Source of the DNA: an uncultured Flavobacterium sp.
GTDB lineage: Bacteria > Bacteroidota > Bacteroidia > Flavobacteriales > Flavobacteriaceae
Direction of reading: 5' to 3'
DNA: 37,341 nucleotides
Assembly (NCBI GenBank): GCA_964476555.1
Contig: CAYZBA010000001.1
Span: 1-37,341 of the forward strand
Every line of letters begins with the position of its first letter. Positions within the stretch are counted from its first letter, which is position 1. Positions 36,392 to 37,341 of the stretch are shown here, piece after piece. The notes beneath the pieces were generated by a model, which saw only the letters and a list, made by a program, of their open reading frames with translations, had not been told where the DNA came from and made no database searches. A program made the position numbers and the translations under genes.

Positions 36392-36907
36392 ATGAAAAAA
36401 ATCATCACTCCCCTACTTCTTTTCGGAAGTATCTTTTTTGCCTCTGCACAATATAAAAGCGAAGTAAAATTCAATGTGTTAAACACTATTGCAATAGCTT
36501 CTGTCGAAGTAGGCTACGAATACTTCTTAGATGACAACCAATCTATCGGAGCCGAAGTTCATATTAATGACCGCTTTTCGTATGCAGACGAGAACGACAG
36601 AAAAGAGTTTGACACCAATAGTATTTTGGTGAACTATAATTATTATTTCAGCCCGGAAGACACAGGTTCGTTTTTTGCTTATCCGTTTGTGAAATATCGC
36701 TTTGGGGAGCATAAAGATGAAGTAAAAGGAAATACTGATATGGATAGCTTTATCTTAGGACTTGGAATTGGTTATAAATGGGCTTGGAATGACAAATTTG
36801 CCATTGGGCCTTATGCCAGCATCGCTAGAAACTTTAATAAAGATGTAAGCGATCGTTTTTCGGCTATCGAAGCCAATGCCGGAATTAGTGTTGGATATCG
36901 CTTTTAG
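36392..36907 (+). CDS. Small outer-membrane beta-barrel protein (DUF3575-like)
   Basis: Signal peptide, alternating aromatic strands, C-terminal ISVGYRF; own TATATTTG box at 36355-36362. Confidence 0.75.
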   Translation: MKKIITPLLLFGSIFFASAQYKSEVKFNVLNTIAIASVEVGYEYFLDDNQSIGAEVHINDRFSYADENDRKEFDTNSILVNYNYYFSPEDTGSFFAYPFVKYRFGEHKDEVKGNTDMDSFILGLGIGYKWAWNDKFAIGPYASIARNFNKDVSDRFSAIEANAGISVGYRF

Positions 36908-36940
36908 AATATTAGAATCATTAATAATAAACATTTTGAT

Positions 36941-36975
36941 AACCCTGATTGGTTTTAACCTTCAGGGTTTTCTTA
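36941..36975 (+). terminator. Intrinsic terminator after the beta-barrel gene
   Basis: AACCCTGA/TCAGGGTT stem with inner GGTT/AACC, followed by TTCTT. Confidence 0.8.
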
Positions 36976-37026
36976 TGATTTTTAACATAGTAGTAGTACG
37001 AAAAAACTATCTTTGCTCTTTAACCT

Positions 37027-37341
37027 TGGATATACTAATTTAGCTTCCAGTCCAAGTTAAGAATAAAATCTTATTTTTAACATATGAAACGAGAAAGAAA
37101 AATTTACGATCCGGCTTTAAGATAAAAGCAGTTCAATTAAGTAACGAAAGAGACAATATTTCCGAACTGGCTAGAGAACTTGGTATAAAAGTCACCTTGC
37201 TTTACAAATGGCGAAAAGAATACGAAGAATTTGGAGAAGGCAGTTTTCCAGGAAAAGGGAATCTAAAACTGACACCAGAGCAAGAGAAGATTCACGAGCT
37301 TGAGAAAAAGCTGAAAGATGCAGAGTTAGAACGAGATATAT
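37027..37341 (+). mobile_element. Left part of an IS3-family insertion sequence (truncated by the window end)
   Basis: OrfA-like HTH coding sequence from 37084. Candidate 5'-TG left end at 37027 (TGGATATACTAATTTAGCTTCCA...); boundary unverified because the right end is outside the window. Confidence 0.75.
37084..37341 (+). pseudogene. IS3 transposase OrfA with a frameshift near codon 12
   Basis: Frame 0 reads MKRERKIYDPALR* (TAA 37123). The -1 frame from 37119 continues KIKAVQLSNERDNISELARELGIKVTLLYKWRKEY...EKIHELEKKLKDAELERDI (HTH_Tnp_1-like plus leucine zipper). One extra T in GCTTT restores ...DPAFKIKAV. Confidence 0.8.

Overview
A compact, AT-rich Flavobacteriaceae (Flavobacterium-like) chromosomal segment, mostly housekeeping. 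In order: the 5' end of gldJ (missed by the ORF track), porU-porV (T9SS), cdd, mutL, a fatty-acid desaturase, a putative metal-uptake operon, rpsF-rpsR-rplI, DUF6495, cmk, a SulA/CapB-like sulfonolipid acyltransferase, a fused E1 alpha/beta 2-oxoacid dehydrogenase, an SDR, aroE, a TPR protein, a FadL-like OMP with a low-complexity lipoprotein, proS, two tRNA-Glu, rpsT, rplS with a probable L19 leader RNA, a MarR/GbsR-RND efflux operon with a clear operator palindrome, an RsmI-like methylase, hemB, a small beta-barrel, and a frameshifted IS3-family orfA at the edge. The most interesting element is the minus-strand operon at 9279-12852. Each of its two structural genes (a TonB-dependent receptor and a His-rich DUF4625-like lipoprotein) has its own small upstream ORF with a TM segment and a His/Cys cluster, ending in a RAPP-type ribosome-arrest motif (RAPP; KGPP). 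Both ORFs have exactly 48 residues between the Asp-Cys cysteine and that motif. This suggests two CruR/DUF2946-like metal-sensing arrest peptides acting in series in one transcript (inference). Family calls come from motif recognition only; no database searches were run.
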